A stretch of DNA of 64,000 bases. Source: Octopus sinensis. Lineage: Eukaryota. The stretch lies in contig NC_043025.1 in NCBI RefSeq assembly GCF_006345805.1, positions 10,044,001 through 10,108,000 of the forward strand. The letters run 5' to 3'. The position numbers and the translations under genes are program-made. Below, piece by piece: positions 13,583 through 27,242 of the stretch. The notes below the pieces were generated by a model. The model did no database searches. It saw nothing but the letters and a program-made list of their open reading frames with translations, and was not told the DNA's origin. Position 1 is the first letter of the stretch, and every line of letters begins with the position of its first letter.

Positions 13583-13754
13583 AGGTGCAGGAGTGGCTGT
13601 GTGGTAAGTAGCTTGCTAACCAACCACATGGTTCCGGGTTCAGTCCCACTGCGTGGCATCTTGGGCAAGTGTCTTCTGCTATAGCCCCGGGCCGACCAAT
13701 GCCTTGTGAGTGGATTTGGTAGACGGAAACTGAAAGAAGCCTGTCGCATATATG

Positions 13755-13785
<31 letters not shown>

Positions 13786-13998
13786 TTGTGTGTCTGTGTT
13801 TGTCCCCCTAGCATTGCTTGACAACCGATGCTGGCGTGTTTACGTCACCGTCACTTAGCGGTTCGGCAAAAGAGACCGATAGAATAAGTACTGGGCTTAT
13901 AAAAGAATAAGTCCCGGGGTCGAGTTGCTCGACTAAAGGCGGTGCTCCAGCATGGCCGCAGTCAAATGACTGAAACAAGTAAAAGAGCAAAGAGTAAA
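13583..13998 (+). mobile_element. Full-length copy of the dominant tRNA-derived SINE (family A)
   Basis: Head gcaggagtggctgtgtggtaag...ggttcagtccc, ccttgggcaagt-type segment, central TA/TG microsatellite and tail ggtgctccagcatggccgcagtcaaatgactgaaac. Other copies near 7735, 13140, 17572, 19185, 19975-21265, 33868, 37490, 43850, 44960, 46487, 48289, 57095 and 63885. Confidence 0.9.
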
Positions 13999-13999
13999 A

Positions 14000-14481
14000 T
14001 GAATCTAGGTATGTATGTATATATGTACATATATATGAATATAAGTATATGTGCGTAAGGTTGTCTTTGTGTATCCATTTATGCATGAGTATACAGCTGT
14101 ATATATACATACATACAATGTATGTATGTATGTGTGTATGTTTGGCTGTATGAGTGGGTGTATGATAGAGGTCATGTAGGTGTACACGGATGAGCGTATG
14201 TTTATGTATGTATGTATTTATTTAACATTTATATAGACACACATGTTCACGTCAATGTGTGTATATGTGTATGTATATGCTTGTGTGTGCACATATATAT
14301 ATATTTGTATCTACACACACACACACACGCACACACATATGTACATAAATATATATATTCATGCATAGAGAGAACCTTTGTGTGTGTATAAGTGTTTGGT
14401 TATAACTATGTATGTGTTCTCATATGTATGTATATATATATATATATATATTAATATATATATATTATATAGATATAAATA

Positions 14482-14514
<33 letters not shown>

Positions 14515-14560
14515 GTATCTATATATATACATATATGTATATATGTGTGTGTGTGTATAA

Positions 14561-14592
<32 letters not shown>

Positions 14593-14859
14593 TACACACA
14601 CACATATATATATTATATATATATATATATATAATACATATATATATGGTATGTATATATATATATCTGTGATATAGAACATCATTGTGTGTGTATACTA
14701 GTGAAGGTGCATGTGTATATATTTGTGTGTGTATGTGTGTGTGTATATATGTAAGTGTGTGTGTGTGTGTATGAATGTATCTGTATGTATGACAGAGCTT
14801 ATAGTATATTTATGTGTCTGTCTATAGAAGCGTGTGTATGTCATATATGTACGTGCATG

Positions 14860-14904
<45 letters not shown>

Positions 14905-15400
14905 ATGTGTGTGCGTGTATGTATGTGTGTGTATGTGTGTGTGTGTGCATAAATATAAGTACATGGGTGCCTCTCCATCAGTTCTACATTGATACATCAA
15001 AGTCACCAAACTACCATTCCCTTTGCACACACGCACGTGCGTGCACACACACACACACATACACACACATATATAGACACAAACACACACACATACACAC
15101 ACATATATAGACACAAACACACACATACTCATACAGACACACACAGACACATGTCCTTTCATCTTATCATCTTATTACACTCAACAGATTTCACTACTTC
15201 TCCCTCAGCTCTCTCTCTCTCTTTTTCTCTACCTCCTGATATATAGTATAGTAGTGAGTATATACTACATATATACATACATACAGATATATCTAATATA
15301 TATATATATAGGTATTATATATATATATATATACCTATATATAGGTATATATATAGTACATATTATCTACAATGTATTATGTATATATATATACATATAC

Positions 15401-15437
<37 letters not shown>

Positions 15438-15503
15438 CCTATTATAGGTATATATATATATACATATATATACAATGTATTTATGTCTATATATATACAT
15501 ATA

Positions 15504-15545
<42 letters not shown>

Positions 15546-16159
15546 CCTATATATAGGTATATATATAATGCGTGTGAGTGTGTGTGTGATGAATATATAT
15601 ATATGTATGTATATGTGTGTGTGTCATGCATATAAGAAGAGCAAGTGTATAGTGGATAGCAATTTTTTTTCTATCAACGAACCATAACTTATTGAAAATA
15701 TACAGATATATATATATATATATATACATCCATACATATACATATACACATATACATATGTTTGTGCGTGTGTGTGTAATATATATAAGTGTATATATAC
15801 ATATACTTATGCTTACATAGACGTATATATGTATGTACATAAATACATATATACACACACATATATATGAATGTATGCATAAATATATACACTTACAAAT
15901 ATATATGTATACACCTGTGTGTGCATTTAAAATTTTGTCTGTGTATTTCTTTGTGTGTGTGAACACATGTACCTATATATATATACATACATAGATACAT
16001 ACTATACTATATATATATATATATATAAGCATATAAATATATATACAAACACACAAACATATATACAAACATACATATATATAGGCATATATATATATAT
16101 ATATATAAACATACAAATGTATGTATGTATACACCAAACGCTCATAACATACATACTAT

Positions 16160-16197
<38 letters not shown>

Positions 16198-16781
16198 TGT
16201 ATGTATACCTATAAAAGTATACATGTATATAAATATCAATATATATACATATGTATATGTATATTTTTGTTTATATATATATTTATATACATATATGTGT
16301 GTGTATGTGTGTGTGTGTGCATATATATATGTATATATATAAGCATATAAATATATATACAAGCATACACATATATATATACACACACATACACATGCAT
16401 ATATACCTATAAGTATATAGAAAATATCTACACATTTATATACACACACACACACACATATACACACCAAAGTGGCTGTTCATTTTATTTTAAATTTGTT
16501 TTCATGTCCAATCACCCAAGACAAACCCAATAAAATATAAAACATTATTGATACGGCTGCGATGGTGACGATAGCATTACCAACGTTATCACACTCCTCA
16601 GATCGTGCTGATCTGTTCAGCCATACTTCACTTAGTGCTTTACTGCTAGCACTAGTCCTAGGAGCTTATACGCATCACCTATGCACACAGACAAAACATT
16701 CGCACATATATACATATATATACATATATATAGATATATACATACATATATATGCATATTATATATATAACATACATATAT

Positions 16782-16830
<49 letters not shown>

Positions 16831-16897
16831 GCGTGTGTATATGTGTATGTATATACATACATAATATGTATATATGTATGTATGTTTGTTTGTATAT

Positions 16898-16931
<34 letters not shown>

Positions 16932-16983
16932 TTTATATAGATCTATATATTTATGTAGATGTATATATCTATATATACATATG

Positions 16984-17028
<45 letters not shown>

Positions 17029-17530
17029 CTATATACATATGTGCGTGCATATTTATATATATGTATCGACCTCTCTCACTCCCTCTCTGTGTATATATAT
17101 ATATATATATACACGCACACACACACACAATGTATGTATTGTATATTTGAATGTATGTATGTATGAGTGTTGGCATCTGTATGTAAGAGTATGTTTGCTT
17201 ATCGAGAACAAAGGACATTTCCACATCATCTCAGTTTCCACAGCAAAGATTTCAAATAAACAACAGTCGTCCTATCTACATCATATACATGCTAATATAT
17301 ATACATACATACATACATATATATATATATATACATATGTATATATATATATATATACATACATATATATATATATACATATGTATATATACATATATAT
17401 ATACATATATATATATATACATATATATATATACAGTTCTGTATACATACGTATGTATATACACACGCCACATATCTGTATATATTTTTATTTGTGTATG
17501 TGTGTGTGTGTGCACGTGAGTATATGTGTG
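14000..17530. repeat. Compound (TA)/(CA)/(TG) microsatellite field with short unique islands
   Basis: Direct inspection. Similar fields at 20420-21100, 26750-27330, 36890-38150 and 62620-63125. Confidence 0.9.
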
Positions 17531-17880
17531 ACTTGTCATGTGTCATGTTTGTGTCATAGGACTGTTTTTGTGGTTTTGTGGTAAGAAACTCGCTTCCCTA
17601 CCACATGGTTCCGGGTTCAGTCCCACTGCGTGGCACCTTGGACAAGTGTCTTCTACTATAGCCTCGAGCCGACCAAAGCCTTGTGAGTGGATTTTGTAGA
17701 CGGAAACTGAAAGAAGCCCGTCGTATATATGTATAGAAATAGGCGTAGGAGTTGCTGTGTGGTAAGTAGCTTGCTTACCAACCACATGGTTCCAGGTTCA
17801 GTCCCACTGCGTGGCACCTTGGGCAAGTGTCTTCTACTATAGCCTCGGGCCAATCAAAGCCTTGTGAGTGAATTGGTAGT

Positions 17881-18436
17881 CCTCCAGGTGAAGTCCTGCC
17901 ACAGAGAGTGTTTGGCCCCGTGATTTGTTGCTGGATGTCGCAAAACTTACACGAACAGGAAATTGCAGCCACCTAAAAGAAAAGGGGATTTTCCGCTCCT
18001 GACAGAATAAGGGGAACCCTCAATATGAAGACGTTATCTCCCTTTCCACATCTCTGTACTTGAACCACAAAGAACTTCTCAGACTTGACTAGCCCAGATT
18101 TTTTTCTTGTTGGGATACCTGAAAGAGAGGGTTTGCATCAACAAACTGGTGCAACTGAATGAAAACACCAATAGAGAAATCAGAGAAGTGGGGTTTGAAA
18201 CTCTTGAGGGTGTTATGGTACAAGTTTTGGAGAGAGCACGGGTGTGTGAAGCCAAAATGACTGCCATTTAAGAGATATCATTTTCCATATGTGATGTAGG
18301 GGTGTTGCAAAATTTGACTAATGCATATTAATTTCCATTATGTCCTTTATATTGTATCAAAATTTCATGCATTTATTTGTAAAGTTAAGGAAGTTATTAA
18401 AAATTAAAACCTATCAGTGACTTTTGGAACACCCTG
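17881..18436 (+). pseudogene. Degenerate 3' end of a Tc1/mariner-superfamily transposon
   Basis: Frameshifted SDLTSPDFFL / GYLKERVCINK (the WPPRSPDL..DFFLWGYLK motif) and HLRDIIFH C-terminus. Right TIR cttttggaacaccctg is followed by TA. Confidence 0.75.
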
Positions 18437-19184
18437 TATATGTGTTGTGTGTATGTGTGTTTGTGTGTGTGTGTGTGTGTGTATGTGTGTATGTATTATA
18501 TATATATATACACACACACACATATATGCATTAATACATACATATATATATATATATACACACACACACATATATATATTTACACGCATATATATGTATA
18601 CATTTACATGTGTGTATGTGTATATTCATACGTAGTATACATATATAAGTAGGTGTGTATATATATGTCTGTGCATGTGTGTATGTATGTATGTATGTAT
18701 GTATGTACACATCTGTGAGTTTATCAATGCCATAAGCTTGTAATGGCTTTAATACTTCACACACTATTTGTGTTTCACCGTGGGGCTTCAACCTTTTTCC
18801 TCTTCTAATCTTCTCGACGCCGTGTTCCACCTCACAACTTCAAAAACATCTATTAAGACCAACAAGAAGAAGATGAGAAAAACATATAACCTCAAGGGCC
18901 CCCCTCATACAATAACGAGAAATATTGAAACCACTTGAGGATTACGGTGATGACAAATTCTCACAGAACTTTCCAATGACATTTATGGCTTTGGACACAT
19001 CCTTGAAGAATTCTGAACTTTGGTATTTATCACCTTGCTGAAATAATCTACGGCCAGTGAGTGCTCTAACGACTTTGGAGCCATCAGCTTCACATCTCGT
19101 TTGCTTAAGGTATTTCTTACAATTCGTTATTAGCAACGAAAGCAGTGTTATCTTTTTTTGTATATACACACAGGAGTGTATATA

Positions 19185-19845
19185 GGCGCAGGAGTGGCTG
19201 TGTGGTAAGTAGCTTGCTTACCAACCACATGGTTCCGGGTTCATTCCCCCTGCGTGGGAAGTATCTTCTACTATAGCCTTGGGCCGACCAAAGCCTTGTG
19301 AGTGGATTTGGTAGACGGAAACTGAAAGAAGCCTGTCATATATATATGTGTATATATATATATATATGTATGTGTGTGTATATGTTTGTGTGTCTGTGTT
19401 TGTCCCCCCACCTTTTTCTTTACTGCCCACAAGGGGCTAAACACAGAGGGGACAAACAAGGACAGACAAATGGATTAAGTCGATTATATCAACCCCAGTG
19501 CGTAACTGGTCCTTAATTTATCAACCCCAAAAGGATGTGCGGCAAAGTCGACCTCGGCGGAATTTGAACTCAGAACGTAGCGGAAGACGAAATACCGCTA
19601 AGCATTTCGCCCGGCGTGCTAACGTTTCTGCCAGCTCGCCGCCATCGCTTGTCCCCCCACCATTGCTTGACAACCGATGCTGGTGTGTTTACGTCCCCGT
19701 CACTTAGCAGTTCAGCAAAAAGAGACCGATAGAATAAGTACTGGGCTTACAAAGAATACGTCCCGGGGTCAATTTGCTCAACTAAAGGTGGTGCTCCAGC
19801 ATGGCCGCAGTCAAATGACTGAAACAAGTAAAAGAGTAAAAGAGA
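19185..19845 (+). mobile_element. Family A SINE with a family B SINE nested in the opposite orientation (about 19410-19645)
   Basis: The family A body is interrupted after tttgtcccccca and resumes at ttgtccccccaccattgcttgac. Confidence 0.8.
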
Positions 19846-20187
19846 TATAAATGATGAAAGGCAAAGTTGACCTCAGCAGAATTTGAACTCAGAATGTAAA
19901 GACAAATGAAATTCTGCTGTGTATTTTGCCCAGCGTGCTAATGATTCTGCCAGCTTGCCACATTTAATATATACTCTTTACTCTTACTCTTTTACTTGTT
20001 TCAGTCATTTGACTGTGGCCATGCTGGAGCACCACCTTTAGTCGACCAAATCGACCCCAGGACTTATCCTTTGTAAGCCTAGAACTTATTGTATCCGTCT
20101 CTTTTGCTGAACTGCTAAGTTACGGGGATGTAAACACACCAGCATTGGTTGTCAAGAGATGTTGGGGGGACAAACACAGATACACAA

Positions 20188-20239
<52 letters not shown>

Positions 20240-20462
20240 GATAGATCGTTAGCCACTACACACATTTTTTTCTCTCCTTGTTATTTCTGTGTCCCTTTCT
20301 GTAGAAAGCGTAGGCTCGAAAAGTAAAAGACTTTTTCTATTCCTGAGCGTTATACTAATACATCTGTTTGTTTTGTACACCACCTGTCTTCTTTTCTTCT
20401 TTTTGTAAAATCTCCCTATATATATATTATATATAATATATATAGATATATATATATATATA

Positions 20463-20506
<44 letters not shown>

Positions 20507-20510
20507 TATA

Positions 20511-20556
<46 letters not shown>

Positions 20557-20576
20557 ATATATATATATATATATAG

Positions 20577-20630
<54 letters not shown>

Positions 20631-20725
20631 CATATATATCATATATAATAAATATATATATACATATATATATATATACATATATATATACCTATATATA
20701 TATATATTAATATATATACATATAT

Positions 20726-20758
<33 letters not shown>

Positions 20759-20764
20759 TATATC

Positions 20765-20804
<40 letters not shown>

Positions 20805-20839
20805 TATAATATATATCTATATATACATATACATATATC

Positions 20840-20871
<32 letters not shown>

Positions 20872-20880
20872 ATAATATAC

Positions 20881-20926
<46 letters not shown>

Positions 20927-20936
20927 ATATATATAT

Positions 20937-21029
<93 letters not shown>

Positions 21030-21319
21030 TATATATCATATATACTATATATATACATATATATATATATATATAATATATATATATATATATACATATA
21101 TACGATGGGCTTCTTTCAGTTTCCATCTACCAAATCCACTCACAAGGCTTTGGTCAGCCCGAGGCTATAGCAGAAGACACTTGCCCAAGGTGCCACGCAG
21201 TGGGACTGAACCCGGAACCATATGGTTGGTAAGCAAGCTACTTACCACACAGCCACTCTTACACCTATTATATTTGAATCGAACAAACAAAAAAAGGTGG
21301 GCGGTGGGGGGAGAAAAAA

Positions 21320-21612
21320 AGCAGCCGTTAGAGTAGAGCAGGAAAGTTTCAGCACCAGCCAAGATCAAAAGAGGTATAAGACAAGGCTGTGTTTTATAAC
21401 CATGCTTGTTTAATATCTATACTGAATTTATAGTCAGCAAATCAAATGAAATCAAAGGATTTGTAGTCATTTACATAAACATCAACAATATTAGATATGC
21501 TGATGGTACAGCTTTATTGGCAGACAGCAGTGAGAAATTACAAGAAATGATTGAAGTTGTAAAAGAGCAAAGTAACAAAAAAAAAAAAGGCCTTAATATG
21601 AATGTAAAAGAA
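21320..21612 (+). pseudogene. RTE-clade LINE reverse transcriptase fragment
   Basis: LFNIYTE...NINNIRYADGTALLADSSEKLQEMI...GLNMNVK, with YADD degenerated to YADG. Confidence 0.85.
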
Positions 21613-21988
21613 GTCGGGTAGAATCCTAGTTTAAGCACCTCAAATATCTCATCATAACTTTGTTATTTCTTGGCTTGGAAGTTTCAGAAAATTTTTTGTG
21701 TGTTTGTGTTTGTGTCTTACGCGTGGGAATTCATATGGTTATGCAACAAAAACCGAAAAATTTATTTTGCGAGTGATTTAAGAGTGAGAGTGATTTAGCT
21801 GTTGTTTTTAGCACATATCACGACCACCTGATATTTTCCTCATTTCTTTGTCACTCTGACATGTGTTGATGTTTATCAGTATTTTTCTACCCGTAAATAC
21901 ATTTAATGGAACGATGATGCACCGAAGCAGGTCCTTTGCTGGGATTTAAACATCAAATTTGGACTGTCTGTATTCTAAACTCTGATAA

Positions 21989-22209
21989 CCCTTTCGTTAC
22001 TGTATTTCTGTTGAGATGCTCTGTGTTTCTTTCAATTATTTTAAATATAACCAAGAATTTAGTAAAATAACTTAGTTATCATTAAGCTGGTGTTACGAAC
22101 ATAAATTGTGACTAAGTTTTGGTGGTATATTTTAATGCAAAACTTATGAAAACAAGACATTTGTACTACTGAGCCAGAGCTGGTTTTGGCCGGGTTGGTA
22201 ACAAAAGGG
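21989..22209. mobile_element. ~220-bp piggyBac-type MITE inside a degenerate foldback element (about 21617-22385)
   Basis: Ends CCCTTTCGTTAC and GTAACAAAAGGG with ATAA/TTAA flanks. The host element resembles 47452-48777. Confidence 0.75.
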
Positions 22210-22411
22210 TTAAGAAAAAATTCACAGAAGTGTGGAACTTTCAGGATCTATGGGGTGAGAATGGGAGCTAAGAAATTAAAAATGAAATTTTTTTCATAAT
22301 TGTATCAATTCCTGTGTGTAGAACACAAATTTACACAAGTTTCTGAAAATTCCAAAAAATAAAAAAGTTATTAGAAGTTAAATATCATAAAAAAAAACAA
22401 ACACGATAGTT

Positions 22412-22726
22412 TGTTGTTGTTGTTGTTTCTTCCTTCTCGAGCCATGCCAGGCTCATAAGGGCCAGTTTCCCCGGTTTCTTGGCATATAGGTTCCCCACCT
22501 GGACGGGACGCTGGTCCGTCGCAGGTGAGCTGCAAGATGCAGGAGGAAAGAGTGAGAGAAAGTTGTGGCGAAAGAGTCAGCAGAAGTTCACCGTTACCTT
22601 CTGCCGGAGCCGTGTGGAGCTTAGGTGTTTCGCTCATAAACACACACATCGTCCTCTCTGAGACTCGAACCTGCGATCCCTCGACTATGAGTCCACTGCT
22701 CTAACCACTAGGCCATGTGCCTCCAC
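22412..22726 (-). mobile_element. tRNA-derived SINE with (AAC)n tail
   Basis: A box TGGCCTAGTGG, B box GGTTCGAGTC and 13-bp TSD aaacacgat(a/g)gtt. Confidence 0.88.
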
Positions 22727-22739
22727 AAACACGATGGTT

Positions 22740-23853
22740 ACTAGGAAGACAGAACAAAAGTAAGAAATTACTTTTTGCTAAGAGAAGTGTGAAAAATAAT
22801 CCTTTTTGCAAAACCTCTGACATAGCAGAACAAGTTGATGCCAGTCCCGGAACAGCTGTTAGGTATCTCCTCAAACTTGGTTACTATGGCAGAGCAGGAA
22901 GAAGGAAGCCACATCTTTAACCAGCCAATATGAAGCGGATAAAAGTTTGGGCCAGTGAGATGGTGGAGAGGCCACTAGCATTTTGGGACACTGTCATATT
23001 CTCTGATGAATCCAGGTTTGCTGTATTTCTTAATAGTGGTCAAGTGTGGGTCTGGAAACTCTGTGATCAAGAATTTGATGTGAAAAGATTGCAACCAGCA
23101 ATGAAACATAGCAGCTATTCTGTGATGGACTGGGGAACAATTTGGAGCAATGGTTGATCAGAGATGGTGGAGTGTGAGGGAAAGATAAACTCAAATAAAT
23201 ATGTGTCCATATTGCAGAAAGGACTCCTTCCAAATTTCTCCAGTGGTGAAATGATTAAAGAAGACTCTTTATTTATGGAAGATGGGATTCCTTGTCACAC
23301 GGTTAAAATGACCCAAGATTTGTTGGAAAAGAATGGCATTAAAAAACTTCCATAGCCAAGCCAATCACCAGATATGAAACCCTATAGAACACCTGTAGGG
23401 TTTTTTTGTTTTTTTTCAATTTTTATTGGCTCAAAAAGCAAAAGCAAGGCCATGTAGGGGGACAGGGAGTTATGTACAAGGAGGGTGGTCATACAGAGAG
23501 TTCAGGCCATTTCTGGCCAAGAGAGATTTTGAACCAAGCGGTCGTCGGCATCTTCACTACCTCATCCAGCAGCTTGTATAATGGACAGGACATTTCATAA
23601 ATAGAACAAAAAAGCATCTTCAAAGCCAGATCTTTTGAGATTATTGCATGAAACTTGGCAAGAAAATTCCGCAAGAGAATATTCCCCATCTGATCAGTAA
23701 CATGCTTAATAGGGTCCTTGCATCGAAAGGACCCTATTAGGCATATTAAATGTTCATGTTATAACAACTAACAAATAATTTGAATGTATAATTTCAGATT
23801 TAAAGAAATTTTAATGATTATAAGGGTGTCTATTTACTTCTGTCATGTCTGTG
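22740..23853 (+). pseudogene. Tc1-like transposase pseudogene with right TIR
   Basis: Three consecutive ORFs in one frame broken by stops: GRAGRRKPHL, WDTVIFSDESRF, FMEDGIPCH, then PSQSPDM. It resumes after an insertion as LLRLLHETWQE...ENIPHLISNM. A terminal-like sequence ends near 23853, followed by TA. Confidence 0.92.
23401..23595 (-). mobile_element. Polyadenylated retroposon 3' end inserted into the Tc1 pseudogene
   Basis: Minus-strand AATAAA followed by an A-rich tail at 23401-23427. It interrupts the Tc1 frame just after the SPD motif. Confidence 0.65.
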
Positions 23854-23884
23854 TACATACATACATACATGCATACATACATAC

Positions 23885-24440
23885 ATGGTGGTGGCTGCCC
23901 CCTCATTATCGAGTATGGCCATTGCACGAAGCTTAACCAATGTCGTTATCGTGCAATGCCTGTGCAAGAAGATTTTTTTTAAAGTGAGGAAAGGCTGTGC
24001 ACTGAGTCAATCCCACTCACTAAGCAACAGCAGCCATAATCCGAAAAGAAGAACAAGTCAACATCATCGGTAACCACTGAGCCGCAGGTTTTATGTCAGA
24101 GTTATCCCAGTTACCTGAGTTACCTTCTCCTAGAAGGATGCCCTAACAAAGGCTAGGAGTCCTTCACTCCCAATGGTTTAACTGCGCGATCGAGTATTCA
24201 GTCCGATTATTTCTATGTCCCTGCGCATGATACAGCCTTAAGACATTTATTGGATGGTCGTTGACTCTCAAGAGTTCCTCCGCCCTTTGACGGGTTTTGT
24301 TTTTCATCCCGCAAGGTGTTCAATAAATACCCTCCTCACGAAGCGAGCTTGGTGGGCTTGCCGGTTTAGTCTCCGACGACCCGACCATGCAACAGGTTGT
24401 ACTGGGTTACATGTTACCAGTGGCACTTGAAAGTGACCTT
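23885..24440 (-). mobile_element. Non-coding retroposon-like element inserted in a (TACA)n microsatellite
   Basis: GC-richer 555-bp block with TACATACATAC on both sides. The minus-strand end gcagccaccacc resembles RTE tails; the class is inferred. Confidence 0.45.
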
Positions 24441-24452
24441 ACATACATACAT

Positions 24453-24670
24453 GTAAGGAGGGCTGAAGAGTTCATGGCTTTAAGGCTATCTTGAAAAACT
24501 GGTTGAAGGCCCAAATTTCCAAGTTCTTGTACAGGGCTTAGAAAAACTGAAGGACCCCTGCAATAAGTGTGTGAATCTGAGAGGGGAATATGTTGAATAA
24601 AATCACAATTAACTGATCCTCCTGTATTTTCTTTTACCCAAAGCCAGGAAGTTTACTGCACCCCCTCATA
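24453..24670 (+). mobile_element. mariner-derived MITE
   Basis: Degenerate TIRs (agggctgaagagttcatggcttt and aaagccaggaagtttactgcaccccctc). The interior encodes a mariner C-terminus, GLEKLKDPCNKCVNLRGEYVE-stop. Confidence 0.75.
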
Positions 24671-24847
24671 TATATATATTCGTACACATATCTAGAGTGT
24701 TCAATAAACCTTTTATGCACTCATGTGTCAGGTGTATCCTGCTTGTATGGAAATATTATTTCAAGTGATGTATGTGAAGAGAGAGAGAGAGAATGAGGGG
24801 AGGGAAAGAGAAAGACTGACAGAAACAGATAGAGACATGCAGACAGT

Positions 24848-25250
24848 GATAGATAGATAGATAGATAGATAGGTAGGTAGGTAGGTAAATAGATAGATAG
24901 GTAGGTAGGTAAATAGATAGATAGATAGGTAGATAGATAGATAGATAGATAGGTAGGTAAATAGATAGATAGGTAGGTAGGTAAATAGATAGATAGGTAG
25001 GTAGGTAAATAGATAGATAGATAGGTAGATAGATAGATAGATAGGTAGGTAGGTAGGTAGGTAGGTAGGTAAATAGATAGATAGATAGGTAGATAGATAG
25101 ATAGATAAATAGACAGACAGACAGATAGACAGACAGATAAATAGATGGATAGGTAGGTAAATAGATAGATAGATAAATAAATAGATAGACAGATAGATAG
25201 GTAGATAAATAGATAGATAGATAGATAGATAGATGAATAGATAGACAGAC
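24848..25250. repeat. (GATA)/(GGTA)/(GACA) tetranucleotide microsatellite
   Basis: Direct inspection. Confidence 0.95.
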
Positions 25251-25619
25251 AGAGTGAGAGAGGGAGGGAATGAGAGAGCCAGAGAAAGAGAAAAGCAGAG
25301 ATAGTTAAATAGATAGATAGAGTGAGTGAGTGAGAGAGAGAGATAACAGGAAAATTTGGGAGTTTTTCTTTTCTAATTTTGTTAATAATATTGTTGTTGT
25401 TGTTGTTTTCACTTAATCTTCAGATTGAAAACTTTTCAGAGTTTCTGAAGGAGAAAAAAAAAGGAAATAACGAGAAAAAAAACCCCCCCAAAAAACCAAA
25501 AATTAATAATTTGAAAATAAAATTATATAAAGAAAGAAAGAAAATACAAAATTTATTTTTCTCAGAAATAATTCTTGTGGCATTTTTTTTATGCTTTGCG
25601 ATTCTCGGAAATATTTTAT

Positions 25620-25632
25620 CATTATTATTATT

Positions 25633-25670
<38 letters not shown>

Positions 25671-25954
25671 TATTATTATTATTGCTGTTGATGTTGTCAT
25701 TATTGTTGTTTTTGGAGTTGTGGTGGTTGCTGTCGTTATTGTTGTTGTTATTATTATTATTCCTGTTGTTATTTTTGTTGTTGCTCTTATTACTATCATT
25801 ATTGCTGTTCTTTGTATTATTATTGTTATTATTATTATTGTTGTTGTTGTTATTATTATTACTATTATTATTATTATTATTATTGTTATTACTACTACTA
25901 TTATTTTTATTATTTTTGTTGTTATTGTTATTATTATTATTATTATTACTATTA

Positions 25955-26015
<61 letters not shown>

Positions 26016-26600
26016 CATCATTATTATTATTATTACTACTACTATTATTATTTTTATTATTTTTGTTGTTTTTGTTATTATTATCATTACTGTTATACAT
26101 TGTTATTTATTCATTTTTGTTGTTATTATATATATCATTATTAGCGTTTTTGTTGTATTTATTGTCGATGTGGTTACTGTTGATATGGCTATAAACATTA
26201 TCATAACTGTTGTTATTGTTTTCCTTATTGCCCCCCTCCTCCTCCCCCTTTTTCTTCTTCTTCTTCTTATTATTATTACCATCTTTATTATTTTAGTAAT
26301 ATTTTAGTAATATAGTGATTACTTCCATTATCCTTATTATTGCCATTATTATTATCATTATTATTATTATTACTATTATTATTATTATTATTATTATCAT
26401 CCTCATCATCATGATCATGATCATTATCATCATCATCATCGTCATCATAAACATTGCCTACGTATTGTTGTTGCTAAAATTACTGTTTTCATAATTGTTG
26501 TTGCTTTTCACTACTACTACCACCACCACCACTACCACTACTACCACCACCACCACTACCACTACTACCACCACCACCGACTCTACCGCCGCCGCCGCTG
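25620..26600. repeat. (ATT/GTT/ATC/ACT)n trinucleotide low-complexity tract
   Basis: Direct inspection. Source of the poly-Leu, Ile, Asn and Tyr ORFs. Confidence 0.95.
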
Positions 26601-27211
26601 ATGCTACCATTTGTTAGTACCACTCTGTGTTTGCGTACCAATTTCGTTTTTTGAAAAATCTTGCTTCTTTTTTAAGGATCTTTGATTTTGTGTATTTTAA
26701 AGTATTTTTTTTTGGTATATAATAGGAAATGAAGCAATATTAAGATCTACGTATTATGTTTGTGTGTTGTGTGTATGTTTTTATGTTTATATATGTATAT
26801 AGACATGCATATATACATCACAAGTATAACTGTACTTATGAATGAATATATGTATATATACATATATATATATAATGTATTTATATATATACATATACAT
26901 ATATATATATATAATGTGTATTTATATATATACATATACATATATATATATATAATGTATTTTTATATATATATACATATATATATAATGTATTTTTATA
27001 TATATATACATATATATATAATGTATTTTTATATATATATATACATATATATATAATGTATCTATATATATACATATATATATAATGTATCTATATATAT
27101 ACACATATAATGTATTTATATGTCTATATATATATTATGTGCATATATATATGTATATATATATGTGTGTGTATATATATATTATATATAATATATATTT
27201 ATATATTATGG

Positions 27212-27242
<31 letters not shown>

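Noticed and set aside
18384-18392. Perfect U12 branch-point sequence TTCCTTAAC on the minus strand
   Set aside because: It sits inside a mariner-like remnant, with no suitably spaced AG/AC acceptor or exon.
18942-19169. 75-aa non-repetitive ORF on the minus strand
   Set aside because: No homology I can recognise and no convincing splice sites. It needs a database search before any call.
25379-26307. Poly-Leu, Ile, Asn and Tyr ORFs up to 271 aa
   Set aside because: Trinucleotide microsatellite read in multiple frames on both strands.
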